DNA of 64,000 bases. It comes from an uncultured Spirochaetota bacterium (lineage in GTDB: Bacteria > Spirochaetota > Brevinematia > Brevinematales > JAOACQ01). Positions 1-9,788 of this stretch are shown one piece after another. The notes under the pieces were generated by a model, which did no database searches, was not told the origin of the DNA, and saw only the letters and a program-made list of their open reading frames with translations. The stretch covers positions 480,001 to 544,000 of the forward strand of contig CAWIGG010000002.1 of assembly GCA_963835575.1 (NCBI GenBank), given 5' to 3'. Numbering within the stretch: position 1 is the stretch's first letter; every line of letters begins with the position of its first letter. The position numbers were made by a program, and so were the translations under genes.

Positions 1-172
1 ATAAATTAAGGATATTGTAAAAAATTTCCTTCATTTGAGGGTCACGAAGGACACGGAGAGCGGAATTAGGATGCTGAATGTTCTTTAAGGCCTTATTTTC
101 ATTTCATAGCTTTTATTTATTGATGGGCTTTTTATGGGAACCGGTAATTCAAAGTGGGTGGGGACGAAATGG

Positions 173-391
173 AACCACAGATTACACTGATTTCACTGAT
201 TGTATTTTGGATAACAAAGTGGAAACCGGAATGACCACGGAATATACGGAAAGAACGGAACGGGTGAGGGTGTGGGCTACGCCCTGGCAAACAGAAGATA
301 TTGTTTATAAATTCCTGATTGATAATATTAAAGCGGTTGCGCAGAACCCAATTAAGCAGGATCGGCAGGATTAAAACCAGGATTATCAGGA
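173..391 (+). repeat. Three forward 9-nt-period repeat arms (173-201, 234-260, 354-391)
   Basis: aaccac-agattacac-tgatttcac-tgatt; accac-ggaatatac-ggaaagaac-ggaa; aagc-aggatcggc-aggatt...aggatt; each repeats a core every ~9 nt. Confidence 0.7.
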
Positions 392-453
392 GGTATTTGC
401 ATATGAGAGGGGAAGTGAGGTATAATGAATGTGTTTTATTATATAAATGAGGT

Positions 454-876
454 ATGAATATGGATTATTTCAATTTTTTGTTACCAATTATTACTGCCAT
501 TATTGGATCATATTTGACTTTTTATTTTACAAATAGATCAAAAAGGAACGAAGCTATTCTAAAATATAAAGAAGAAAAATATTCTAAGCTTTTAATAAAA
601 CTTCAAGGATTTGTAGGTATTACTGCAAACAATAAAACCAAGAGAGAATTCTTTGAAGAACAATATCAATCTTGGTTATATTGTTCAGATGATGTTGTTA
701 TTGCGATAAACCGTATGGTTGATATAATAATGATAGAAAAAGGAAATATTCCAAATCCTGAAGAAGGTAGAAAAGCTATTGGAAACATTGTTCTTGCTAT
801 GCGTAAAGATTTGCTTGGTAAAACTTCTTTAGAATATAAAGATTTTAGGTATATAAATGTTATTGATAAAGATTAA
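454..876 (+). CDS. Hypothetical protein with N-terminal transmembrane helix (AT-rich cargo gene)
   Basis: 140-aa ORF, GAGG upstream, hydrophobic N-terminus FLLPIITAIIGSYLTFYF; visibly AT-richer than dnaN. Confidence 0.75.
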   Translation: MNMDYFNFLLPIITAIIGSYLTFYFTNRSKRNEAILKYKEEKYSKLLIKLQGFVGITANNKTKREFFEEQYQSWLYCSDDVVIAINRMVDIIMIEKGNIPNPEEGRKAIGNIVLAMRKDLLGKTSLEYKDFRYINVIDKD

Positions 877-988
877 TTAAACAGTAATGGCATTCACTAA
901 CCAAAATGATTATCCCCCTTAACTATCTCCATCCACTCAGGCTTTTTAATTTCTTCAAGCACTTCTATATAAAATAAATCCTCTAAAA

Positions 989-1150
989 CTTGTGGTGAGC
1001 CTGCCGAATCCATCCGTCTAATCCGTGAAAATCCGCGTGAACAATGGGATATTATAATAAGGAATTGTTTACAAAAGATTTGAATTTAACAACAAAGAAC
1101 CGTTAATCCCCGTTGGTGGTTCTTGGTGCTCTTGGTGTCTTGATGGTGAA
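989..1150 (-). repeat. Two reverse 9-nt-period arms (1012-1045, 1113-1150) plus GAG/CGAA mini-hairpin (989-1011)
   Basis: Reverse complements attgttcacgcggattttcacggattagacggat and ttcaccatcaagacaccaagagcaccaag match copies at 15560 and 21371. Confidence 0.75.
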
Positions 1151-1157
1151 TTGAAAT

Positions 1158-2282
1158 TTATTCGTATAATTTTAAAGGCATGGAGATATAAATATAATTC
1201 TCGTCCCCGATGGTTTTAAAGAGCATGGGACTTCCCTGAGAGTTTATGACAAATTCGATCCTTTTTCCATGCGTCACCTTAAGGAAATCGGCTATCGCTT
1301 TATAATTGCATGCTATTGTAATGGCGGCCCCTTTATATTCGATTTCCATTTCCTCTTTAGCGACGCCGTAAATCGGGTGGGAAGTCAGAATAGTAATTTT
1401 GTTTTCAGAAAGCTCCAGCTTTGTCTTTCCAGTGTCCGGGTCGCTCATTACGGAAACGATATCGAGCGCCTGAGAAAAGGAAGCGCTGTCGACAGTCGCT
1501 ATGTTGACCCTTTCCGTCGGGATCACGTCTTTATAATTGGGGAATTTCCCGTCGACGAGGTTGGAGAACATATAGACATTCCCGATCTTGAAAAACGCCT
1601 GGTTATTATGGATGGAAAGAAGCGCGTCGCCGGTTGTCAATATCGACTGCAGGGTTTTGAAGATCCGCTGGGGCACGATGACGCCCAGCTCTATGGTGCC
1701 TTTCTTTTCCTCATATTCCCTGGTTATGACGGCAAGCCTCTTCCCGTCGCTGGTCACAAAGGAAAGAAAGCCTTCCACCGATTCCTCGATATAAGTCCCG
1801 GTAAAAGCCGGTTTGGAAAAGTCTGTTGAAATGGAAAACTCAGTTGATGTTATCTGTTCGAGAAGGGTTTCCTGCGCGGTCTTTATATAGCTCTCCCAGT
1901 TGAACTCGAAAAATATCGGATAGGCGTCGCCGGATACTCCGTTGATGTTGAAAATCGGGTTTTCCTTTCCTTCGGGATGTATGATGATCTCATGGTCATT
2001 GTCCGGCTTGGTGCTGAGGGAAATCTTCTCGCCGGGGATTTTCCTGACCGCTTCCAGGAGCTTCTTGGAAAGAAGGGCTATCTTGCCGCTTTCTTCAACT
2101 TTACCCGTTGTCTCGACCTTGACGCCGTTTTCGCCGTTGTATGAAAGCAGAATGATCGATCCGTCGCTTTGCGCTTCGATGTAAATATTGAGGAGCATTG
2201 CCAGGGGGGTTTTAATGTTAATAATGGAATCGGCGATGCTGAGATTATGAATAAATTCGTCTTTATTGACAATGAATTTCAT
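1158..2282 (-). CDS. dnaN: DNA polymerase III subunit beta (sliding clamp)
   Basis: Beta-clamp length and motifs TSDGKRLA, LVDGKFPNYKDVIP, C-terminal ISMPLK; AAGGAG 7 nt before ATG 2282. Confidence 0.95.
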   Translation of the reverse strand: MKFIVNKDEFIHNLSIADSIINIKTPLAMLLNIYIEAQSDGSIILLSYNGENGVKVETTGKVEESGKIALLSKKLLEAVRKIPGEKISLSTKPDNDHEIIIHPEGKENPIFNINGVSGDAYPIFFEFNWESYIKTAQETLLEQITSTEFSISTDFSKPAFTGTYIEESVEGFLSFVTSDGKRLAVITREYEEKKGTIELGVIVPQRIFKTLQSILTTGDALLSIHNNQAFFKIGNVYMFSNLVDGKFPNYKDVIPTERVNIATVDSASFSQALDIVSVMSDPDTGKTKLELSENKITILTSHPIYGVAKEEMEIEYKGAAITIACNYKAIADFLKVTHGKRIEFVINSQGSPMLFKTIGDENYIYISMPLKLYE

Positions 2283-2321
2283 TTTCAATCTCCTTTTTAA
2301 TTTGTCAAAAATAGCAAAGGA

Positions 2322-2350
2322 ATTATAATTATTTTTAATAAAATTATCAA
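2322..2350 (-). promoter_or_regulatory. Sigma70-type promoter of dnaN
   Basis: TTGATA-N17-TATAAT on the minus strand, 40 nt upstream of the start. Confidence 0.6.
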
Positions 2351-2382
2351 GTTATCGGATAATATCGATAATTCAATTGATA

Positions 2383-4073
2383 CCTAAACTGAGCGATTCT
2401 TTTATTAATTCAAAAAATCGGCCTGTTAAACGGGTGGGGTTTTAGAAATTTTAAGGAGTGAGATATTACCCATCCAATTTAAAGTACAAGACCCTTTAGA
2501 AAAGGTCCTTATTTGTTGAAATTTTAGTTTTGAGCGCAATACCCCCTTATCCGGTTTTTTAGCTTTAATAATTTATATTGGGACAACGAACAGGCATTTG
2601 TCCCAAACTTTAAATAGCCCCAATTCGTCTATTACTTCATGCCGAAATTTCAATACAATTTTTCTGCTTCTTCTTACGATCTTTCCGGCTATGTCAATAA
2701 AAAGCCGTCTTACAGTGTCCGGATAACTGCCAATTGGGAAGCTATCTGAAAGCGCGTCTTCCTGCATAGCAATCAATAAATTGCGGGATATCAGCATCAG
2801 AAAATAGTATGCGGCATTTGAGATAAACCTTTTGAAAGGGAGTGTTTCATCCGCAAACTCCTTCACGCTCCGATTTACCAATTCATCCTTCGCCCTTAAG
2901 AGATAAAGTTCGATAATCTCTTTAGCCGCCAGGTATTTTTCCAGTCCTGCCTTTTTTAGTAATTCCTGATTATATAAATTTGTGTAAATTAAATTATCCG
3001 GTTTCGCAAAATCCAGAAGGTACTCATCTCCATTATTTGCCCTTTTACAGTAAATCGCCCGGCGGCCTTTGCTCCATTTCTCCCGTTTGTCTCTAAAATC
3101 ACAATATTCCCAGACATCGCCTTTTCTCTCAAAATTGCTCCAGCCTTGCGGAAGCTTGCGGATCAAATCCAGTTTGATGTCGTTGTACATTGTACCGCCG
3201 CAGATATAGTAATGTCCGTTTTCTTCCATCCATTCATAGTATTTCTGATCATTGAACCCACTATCTGAAACAACAATAACCGGCACGTCTTTATCGTATT
3301 CTTTACGGATCTTTCCGATGATTTTTTCAAGCGATTCGTTCAGGTCATTCCCGTGATTACAATGTGCGCTCCCTTCCCGAAACAGCGAATAAATCACATA
3401 AGGCCCCCAATAGAACAATAAAGGATGAAACCCTTTTACCATTTTATATGTCAGAGTTACGCCTTCCCGTTTTCGCGCGCTGTTATTGTCTAATACCGTC
3501 GAATCAACACCAAGTACAATTACCTTTGGCCGGGTTATTTTGAGCCGCCAGATAAACAACTCCAGTAAAAAATGACCTAAAGCATTCACCATTTTTTCCG
3601 TTACGGCGCCTAAGAACCGTTTCATTGTATGTGAGGATGCCATTTCATTCTTTGAGAACTCAATTGTCCCGGCATACCCCATATTGTTTTTCAGATCGTC
3701 AAACCTCGTCATAGTATTTTGGCTTCCGTCAACGAAAAAGCAGAATATCTGCTTTAGTATATTCTCGATCTTTTGCCCTTTTGAACTTTTCCGCAGGCCG
3801 TCAAATATTCCAGTAATCAGCGATAATACGTGTGTCCCTTTGAGGTATCTGCAAAAAAATGCCAATCCTCCCCTGCCGCTTAATAGATCATCCGTTATTC
3901 CAATTTCAGAAATCTCATTTTTGCAATATTTATTTTTTTCAGCCATAATTAACCTGCTTTTGCACCCAATGGGTGTTTTTTCGGGGTAAGGATGGCGGCA
4001 ACCATTTCCTTACCCCATTCTATTTTAGCATGGTTTTTTATAATTCGGCTAATAAAGAATCGCTCAGTTTAGG
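2383..4073 (-). mobile_element. IS1380-family insertion sequence
   Basis: 20-bp perfect terminal IR CCTAAACTGAGCGATTCTTT at 2383 and (reverse) ending 4073; 5-bp target duplication TGATA at 2378-2382 and 4074-4078. Confidence 0.92.
2573..3946 (-). CDS. IS1380-family DDE transposase
   Basis: 457 aa; SGRGGL, GVDSTV, GFHPLL, SDSGF, Y..RA..E motifs; lies within the IR pair. Confidence 0.9.
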   Translation of the reverse strand: MAEKNKYCKNEISEIGITDDLLSGRGGLAFFCRYLKGTHVLSLITGIFDGLRKSSKGQKIENILKQIFCFFVDGSQNTMTRFDDLKNNMGYAGTIEFSKNEMASSHTMKRFLGAVTEKMVNALGHFLLELFIWRLKITRPKVIVLGVDSTVLDNNSARKREGVTLTYKMVKGFHPLLFYWGPYVIYSLFREGSAHCNHGNDLNESLEKIIGKIRKEYDKDVPVIVVSDSGFNDQKYYEWMEENGHYYICGGTMYNDIKLDLIRKLPQGWSNFERKGDVWEYCDFRDKREKWSKGRRAIYCKRANNGDEYLLDFAKPDNLIYTNLYNQELLKKAGLEKYLAAKEIIELYLLRAKDELVNRSVKEFADETLPFKRFISNAAYYFLMLISRNLLIAMQEDALSDSFPIGSYPDTVRRLFIDIAGKIVRRSRKIVLKFRHEVIDELGLFKVWDKCLFVVPI

Positions 4074-4133
4074 TGATAATTCAAATTGGTATTTTTTCTT
4101 TGCGTTCATTTGCATGTCTTCTCGGATAGGAAA

Positions 4134-4301
4134 GTCTTCCGCTAAGCCACGCGAATATACGATAATATATTTTTTGATTTTTTCAAATAGTCTAGTACTG
4201 AAAATCAGGTTTTATTCATTATTAAAAAGTTAATGATAGAATCATTTTTTAAACCCCAATTGAACACAGATTTTCGCGGATTGAGCGGATCATCGCGGAT
4301 T
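4134..4301 (+). repeat. Repeat arms: family A (4134-4166) and a GGATT-type arm (4261-4301)
   Basis: gtcttccgctaagccacgcgaatatacgataat is nearly identical to 14934-14966; tgaacacagattttcgcggattgagcggat has a 9-nt period. Confidence 0.75.
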
Positions 4302-4386
4302 TACTATCGGGTGAAGAAAGCTATTTTTATTAGGCTGAACGGGTAGGGATCAGTTATACTTCGTTATGCTATGGCGAGGGTGAAAC

Positions 4387-5463
4387 TCAGTTGATAAATT
4401 TCTTAATTATATCCTGTTTATGGCTTAAATCATATCCGTTTAATATCTGTTCGATATTGACAAATTCCATATCAAGATCCAGCAGATCTTTATCCCGGAT
4501 CTCATTTTTAAGTTTTTCAATAATTCTATCCGCTTTGATGACTTTATACGGCCTGCCGTAATAATCGAATATTTTTATATCGACTGGATTATTGATGAAT
4601 ACGGAATTATGAAGCCGGAGTATTTTTTCATATAATTTAGAAAAAGTCCGTTCGATTCTATTGTCCGGACTTTTAAGCAGTCTTTTTATTAACGGCAAAG
4701 TTTCAGAGGCAGTTTTCAGTCGTTTAAAACAGCTTCCAAGCCATTTACTGTATGGTATATATTGATTTTCATAATAAAAGCACAGCTTCATAATATTGTT
4801 GATAATTCTATTCAAAATTAAACGGCACCCGGTGTCATCCTTGATTTCAAGGCATCTGCCTATAAAAGCCTCTTCATTTAATATCCCATACCATAAACCG
4901 ATCATTTTTACGATCAATACATCTTTCGGACAGGATGAATAATATTTTCTGATCGTGTTCAATTTTTCAAGGCCGTCATGAAAAACCTTTCCGCCGGTGA
5001 ATTCAATCAGTCCCTGTTCCGATATCTTCAGCCATTCAATGTTCGATAACCCGGATTCTTTATCGGTTCCCAGATAATAGTGCATGCATAACCGCACGGT
5101 TTGTATTTCAATCAGATGGTTTACAGGGACTTTATCTTTATATTCCATTTTTTGCGTGTTGTCTTTTCCGGGAGCAGTAAAATTGGTTGAAAAGCCTTTG
5201 TAAACCAATGGTAATTTTGTGGAAAACAGATCATTGATTCGAGTGAAGAAGTGAACATCATCTTCAGATATAAATATCTGCAATCGGGGACCCCAGTTAT
5301 GGTCCATCGATATCGCGGTGTCCAGGCCGAGGACATCGGAACCGTAACCCAATAACGCGGCGGAATATTTTAATCCGGGGAAGTTGCTTTCCAATAACGG
5401 CTTGACACATTCAAAATAAAAACCTCCATTAAGGATCAGACCGGCAATAAATTTCCGCTTCAT
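4387..5463 (-). CDS. DUF4037-domain protein (nucleotidyltransferase-like)
   Basis: GYGSDVLGLD..SMDHNWGPR, FTGGKVFHD and PYSKWLG motifs. Confidence 0.8.
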   Translation of the reverse strand: MKRKFIAGLILNGGFYFECVKPLLESNFPGLKYSAALLGYGSDVLGLDTAISMDHNWGPRLQIFISEDDVHFFTRINDLFSTKLPLVYKGFSTNFTAPGKDNTQKMEYKDKVPVNHLIEIQTVRLCMHYYLGTDKESGLSNIEWLKISEQGLIEFTGGKVFHDGLEKLNTIRKYYSSCPKDVLIVKMIGLWYGILNEEAFIGRCLEIKDDTGCRLILNRIINNIMKLCFYYENQYIPYSKWLGSCFKRLKTASETLPLIKRLLKSPDNRIERTFSKLYEKILRLHNSVFINNPVDIKIFDYYGRPYKVIKADRIIEKLKNEIRDKDLLDLDMEFVNIEQILNGYDLSHKQDIIKKFIN

Positions 5464-5475
5464 TAGAGCTCCATT

Positions 5476-7635
5476 CTACTCCGCTTTCACATTCCCTTTC
5501 TCGTCGAACTGGACGGTCATGCCGCCGGGGTATTTTCTGCCGCCGATCTTCGTGTCATCGGCGAGCATACCGCTTCTCAGTTTACCGGACTCGTAGAACG
5601 CGGCGGGCGTCCATTTCTGGAATGTGATGCCGTTGATCGACGTGTCGTCGCGGAGTGTCCCGCTCTGCAATTGACCGTTCGGGTGGAAAGAGGCGATGCT
5701 GCCTTTTTTAAAGACGAGGTCTTTCCCGGTGCCCTTGATATAGCAGTCTTCCGAGAGCATTCCGCTCTTTACGCTCCCGTTTTCATAGAGGCTGATCTCC
5801 GAGCCTTTTTTGAAACCGATCTGGAGGAGCGTCGCGTCCTGCGAGAGCGTCCCGCGCTCGACCTTGCCGGATTTATAGAACTGGACTGCGCCGATGAAGG
5901 AAATGTCCTGTATGGACGTTTCACCGGAAAGGATTCCCTGTTCCAGCGCGCCTGTGTCATAAAATGAAATGCAGGGCATATAAACGGCGGTGACAGAAGC
6001 GCTCAGATCGTTTGAGACTGTTTTCATGAACGGCTTGAAAGTCAGCCCCTCGAATACTTCGACCTCGGAAGCGAGTGCACCGTTGGAGATTGATCCGTTA
6101 GAAAAGAAAGTGACAAGCGTTTCGCCTTTGAAGATCAGCGGGGTTACGCCCTTCATAAGCTCCGAATCGTCGGCCAGAGTTCCGCTCAGAACCCGGCCGT
6201 TGGGGTGGAATTGGACTTCAGTATTGGATTTGTATGTGATCTTCTGTATTTCCAGCGGTTCCGTGATGACGAGGCTTGAAAGACTGCCGGATTCGTAATA
6301 GCGGACCCTTGTGCCGGCTTTATTGGTCACGCCGCGGAAGGCCGCGTCTTCACCCAGCGTTCCGTAACTGACCTTTCCGTTTGAGTAAAAACCTATTTCA
6401 GTATTTTCTTTATAAATCTTTTTGTCAACAGGCGTGTTTGTCGCGAGCGTTCCCAGCTCGAGTTTCCTGTTATTATAAAACGCGAACGGGGTACCGGACT
6501 GAAGGGATAAGGAATCGATAACGGTGTTTTCGGCCAGCGTGCCGGAAATAACAATGCCGGATTCGTCAAAGCCCGCGGCCGTCTCTTCCTTCAGGGCTAT
6601 TTTATTGAGATTGGTTTTTTCAGCGAGGGTCGCCGTTTTTATCGAGCCGTTCTCGTAAAAATCGATTTCGGCGTCGCCCTTGCAGGAGAGGCCTTTGATG
6701 ACGGCGTTGTCGTAGAGGGTGCCGAAGCTCACCTTGCCGGACTTATAAAAGCCGACAGGATTGTCGCCCTTGTACCGGACGCCGTCGATCCTGGCGTTAT
6801 CAGCGAGCCGAATCCTTTCCGGCAGTATCATCTGGCCGGATTTGGAGAGGTTCAGCCGGGCTCCGTCCGGGACCTTGATATGCTTCATCCGGACAGGAGC
6901 GGCCAGGATGCCGCTTCTCGGCCTGCCGCTTGAATAGAGGACCAGCTCGTTCTTTCCCCTGAAGGGAATATCGCGGACCATCGTGTCCTTCTCGAGGTCG
7001 ATTTTGTCCGGGAGGAGAGGAAAGCCGTTCTCGTCAAAGAGCATTTCCGTTCCCTTTGTAAAGAGGAAGCCGCCGATGACGGCATTACCGGGAAGGGAAA
7101 TCCCCATAATTTTTCCGGATTCATAAAAATGCATTTCGGTCTCCGCCGGGAATTTGAACCCCTGGATTTCCGAATCCTGCGCCAGCGTGCCGAAGCTCAC
7201 TATTCCGTTATCATAAAAATAGATCTCCCGGCTGCCCTTGAAGAGAATGTCCTGGAATTTTGTGTCTTCAGCCAGGTCCATTTTTGACGGCAGTTTTATA
7301 GCGCCTTTCTCGTCAAAAGATAAAGTAAGGCCCGCTGAGAATAGGATGCCCTGGATGCGGGTATTGGAGTCGATCTTCGCTGCCGTGATCTTTTTATTCT
7401 TTAAATAGATCTCGGAATAGGCGGGAAATTTGATCCCCTGGATTTCCGTGTCCGCGATCAGCTTGATGTAGATCAGGTCCTTGTTTTTATTTAAGAAGAC
7501 TTCCGTTCCCTCTTTCAGGAAAATCCCCTGGTATGTCCTGTCCTTATTGACCGTAACCGTTCCTTCCATTGTAAAAAGAGGCGTAACGAATCCTGTAAGA
7601 ATAAACAGGGAAATGATAAATAATCTATTTTTCAT
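5476..7635 (-). CDS. Secreted 30-aa-repeat (MORN-variant-like) protein, ~719 aa
   Basis: Signal-peptide-like MKNRLFIISLFILTG; tandem FYxxGxlxxGtLAEDTxIQGIxFKxGT repeats; start set at ATG 7635 (GAGGA upstream). Confidence 0.8.
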   Translation of the reverse strand: MKNRLFIISLFILTGFVTPLFTMEGTVTVNKDRTYQGIFLKEGTEVFLNKNKDLIYIKLIADTEIQGIKFPAYSEIYLKNKKITAAKIDSNTRIQGILFSAGLTLSFDEKGAIKLPSKMDLAEDTKFQDILFKGSREIYFYDNGIVSFGTLAQDSEIQGFKFPAETEMHFYESGKIMGISLPGNAVIGGFLFTKGTEMLFDENGFPLLPDKIDLEKDTMVRDIPFRGKNELVLYSSGRPRSGILAAPVRMKHIKVPDGARLNLSKSGQMILPERIRLADNARIDGVRYKGDNPVGFYKSGKVSFGTLYDNAVIKGLSCKGDAEIDFYENGSIKTATLAEKTNLNKIALKEETAAGFDESGIVISGTLAENTVIDSLSLQSGTPFAFYNNRKLELGTLATNTPVDKKIYKENTEIGFYSNGKVSYGTLGEDAAFRGVTNKAGTRVRYYESGSLSSLVITEPLEIQKITYKSNTEVQFHPNGRVLSGTLADDSELMKGVTPLIFKGETLVTFFSNGSISNGALASEVEVFEGLTFKPFMKTVSNDLSASVTAVYMPCISFYDTGALEQGILSGETSIQDISFIGAVQFYKSGKVERGTLSQDATLLQIGFKKGSEISLYENGSVKSGMLSEDCYIKGTGKDLVFKKGSIASFHPNGQLQSGTLRDDTSINGITFQKWTPAAFYESGKLRSGMLADDTKIGGRKYPGGMTVQFDEKGNVKAE

Positions 7636-7645
7636 ATGATCCTCG

Positions 7646-9067
7646 CTAATTTTTAATATTTCCGGAACTGTCGAATTTGATTTCTGTATAGGCCTCATAT
7701 TTCTTCCCGTTTATTTCGATAGATTTCGCGGGCTTGGCTGAGAGCAAATTTCCGGTTTCATCCAGAATGATCTGCGTGCCCGGCTCAAAATTGATCTTAT
7801 TGAATGTTTTACTTTCGCCCAGTGTCCCGCCGGAGAGTTTTCCCGATTCAAAGAGGCTGATACGGGTGTTTTTCTGGAATTTGATCCCCTGGAAAGCCAT
7901 GTCTTCCATCACCTGGAAAGATTTGAGTTTTCCGTTCTCAAGAAAATTCAAGTTCCATCCGTTCCTCAGGTTTATTCCCTGAATATTCATGTCCTCGGCC
8001 AGTTTAGCCGTTTTGATCTTTCCGGATTCGTAAAATGAAACGGCCGTGCCTGCTTTAAAAGTTGTTTCCTGGATTTGAGCGTTTTCAGAAAGGGTAATGG
8101 AATTGAGTTTTCCGGATGGGTAGAATGAAACCTTCGCGCCGGTCTTGAGGTTCAGGTCGTTGATCTTCGTATCCTCTGCAAGAACGCCTGCGGAAAGCTC
8201 GCCGGTTTCGTAAAATGTCACCGGCGTACCGGATTTGAAGGTGTATGAAAGGACCTTTGTGTTCTCCTGAAGCTGTGCGCTTTTCAGAGGTCCCGACTCA
8301 TAGAACTTCAGGCTAGTGCCCGTCTTGAGATTTATTTTCTGGACGGTCGAATCCTCGCCGAGGATCCCCGTCAGGACCGTTTCAAACGAACTGAAAACGA
8401 CTTCGCTTCCCGTCTTAAAAACCATATTCTGGATTTTTGTGTTTTCCAGAAGATTGAGCCTTTCCGGCATGATCAGTTCGCCGCTTTTATCGAAATAAAG
8501 GCGCGTTCCGGCGGGAAAGAGGATCCCCTGGATTTTCGCGCTTTCGCTCAAGAGCGCCGTGTCGAGCTTTCCGCTTGAGTTCAGGCCGATCTCGGTGCCT
8601 TTCGGCAGGGCCAGGCCCTGGATTTTAGCCGGTTCGGCGAGGACAGCCGTAGCGAGAGTGCCGGCCTCGATAAAATCGACGGTTGTGCCGCCTTTGCAGG
8701 GAATATTATTGAGTATCGTGTCTTCCGATAGGTAAGCGAAATCCAGCTTGCCGCTTTCATAAAAATAGACAGACGAATCGGCCTTGAATTTAAAGCCCTG
8801 GACAGCGGTATTGCCGGCGAGAACGCAGGATCTCAGGCTTCCGGACTCATAGAACGAGACCTTTTTATTTTTACCGCAGACAATGCCCTGAATTTTGGCG
8901 TCCTGCGCCAGGATGCCGAACTGCAGGCCGGCGGAGGAATAGCTCTGGATCCAGCCGCTCTTGATCGATAGCCCCTGGATTTTTTTTGTTTCGGGAATGT
9001 ATTCCCAATCCCCGTAGATGAAGAGCGGGAAAAGAATAAAAAACAGGGCAAAAAGCGCTTTTTTCAT
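7646..9067 (-). CDS. Secreted 30-aa-repeat (MORN-variant-like) protein, 473 aa
   Basis: Signal peptide MKKALFALFFILFPLFIYG; same repeat unit; GGAGG RBS. Confidence 0.8.
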   Translation of the reverse strand: MKKALFALFFILFPLFIYGDWEYIPETKKIQGLSIKSGWIQSYSSAGLQFGILAQDAKIQGIVCGKNKKVSFYESGSLRSCVLAGNTAVQGFKFKADSSVYFYESGKLDFAYLSEDTILNNIPCKGGTTVDFIEAGTLATAVLAEPAKIQGLALPKGTEIGLNSSGKLDTALLSESAKIQGILFPAGTRLYFDKSGELIMPERLNLLENTKIQNMVFKTGSEVVFSSFETVLTGILGEDSTVQKINLKTGTSLKFYESGPLKSAQLQENTKVLSYTFKSGTPVTFYETGELSAGVLAEDTKINDLNLKTGAKVSFYPSGKLNSITLSENAQIQETTFKAGTAVSFYESGKIKTAKLAEDMNIQGINLRNGWNLNFLENGKLKSFQVMEDMAFQGIKFQKNTRISLFESGKLSGGTLGESKTFNKINFEPGTQIILDETGNLLSAKPAKSIEINGKKYEAYTEIKFDSSGNIKN

Positions 9068-9117
9068 AATTCCTCCAAAGTAGAAATATGAATTTAAGGG
9101 TTCCTTCTATTATAGTA

Positions 9118-9666
9118 TTAAATTGAGCGATTGGTTAAATAATCCAGCGTATAAAATAATGAAGACACATGCAGAGGTTGATAAATCTTATTATTATTCA
9201 ATAAAGATTTAATTTCTTTAAAAGAATATTTTACGACTTCAATTTGCTCAGTGTCGTCCAAGATTTGATCTTGTTTTAATACCGCATCTAATGTCAGAAA
9301 ACAATATGCCATATTGCTATGATTCGCCGGATTAGGGGATAATTTACATAATTGAATGAAATTATCACTTCCATAACCTGTTTCTTCTAATAATTCCCGT
9401 TTAGCGGCTTCTAACGGTGATTTATCATCTGCTTCAACTGAGCCGCAAGGGAGTTCTAATATTGTGTCTTTCATGCCATGGCGATATTGTTTTATCATAA
9501 TTATCTCATTATTAGTTGTAATAGGAACTATATTAACCCAGTCGGAATATTCTAAAACATAATATGGTTCAATTGTTTTACCATTAGGCATGACACATTC
9601 ATCAGATCTCAGTGAAATCCATTTGTCCTTTATAATATGTTTTGAAGATTTAATCAGCCAATTCAT
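9118..9666 (-). CDS. NUDIX hydrolase (ADP-ribose pyrophosphatase-like)
   Basis: Nudix box LELPCGSVE...AAKRELLEETGY; KQYRH motif. Confidence 0.9.
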   Translation of the reverse strand: MNWLIKSSKHIIKDKWISLRSDECVMPNGKTIEPYYVLEYSDWVNIVPITTNNEIIMIKQYRHGMKDTILELPCGSVEADDKSPLEAAKRELLEETGYGSDNFIQLCKLSPNPANHSNMAYCFLTLDAVLKQDQILDDTEQIEVVKYSFKEIKSLLNNNKIYQPLHVSSLFYTLDYLTNRSI

Positions 9667-9788
9667 GCTTAATCCTATATATAATTTTATGAAAAAAGCA
9701 TAGTATACAACCTGTTATAGCTGAAAGCTATCACCATAAATGAGGAATTTCAATTAAACCGGGATGTTGTATTTAAAGTACCTCGAGT

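Noticed and set aside
78..374. 98-aa ORF in the track
   Set aside because: Made of in-frame 9-nt repeat arms (TTDYTDFTD, TTEYTERTE, KQDRQD); likely a by-product of the repeats
2290..2382. oriC near dnaN
   Set aside because: AT-rich, but no TTATCCACA-type boxes noticed and no dnaA
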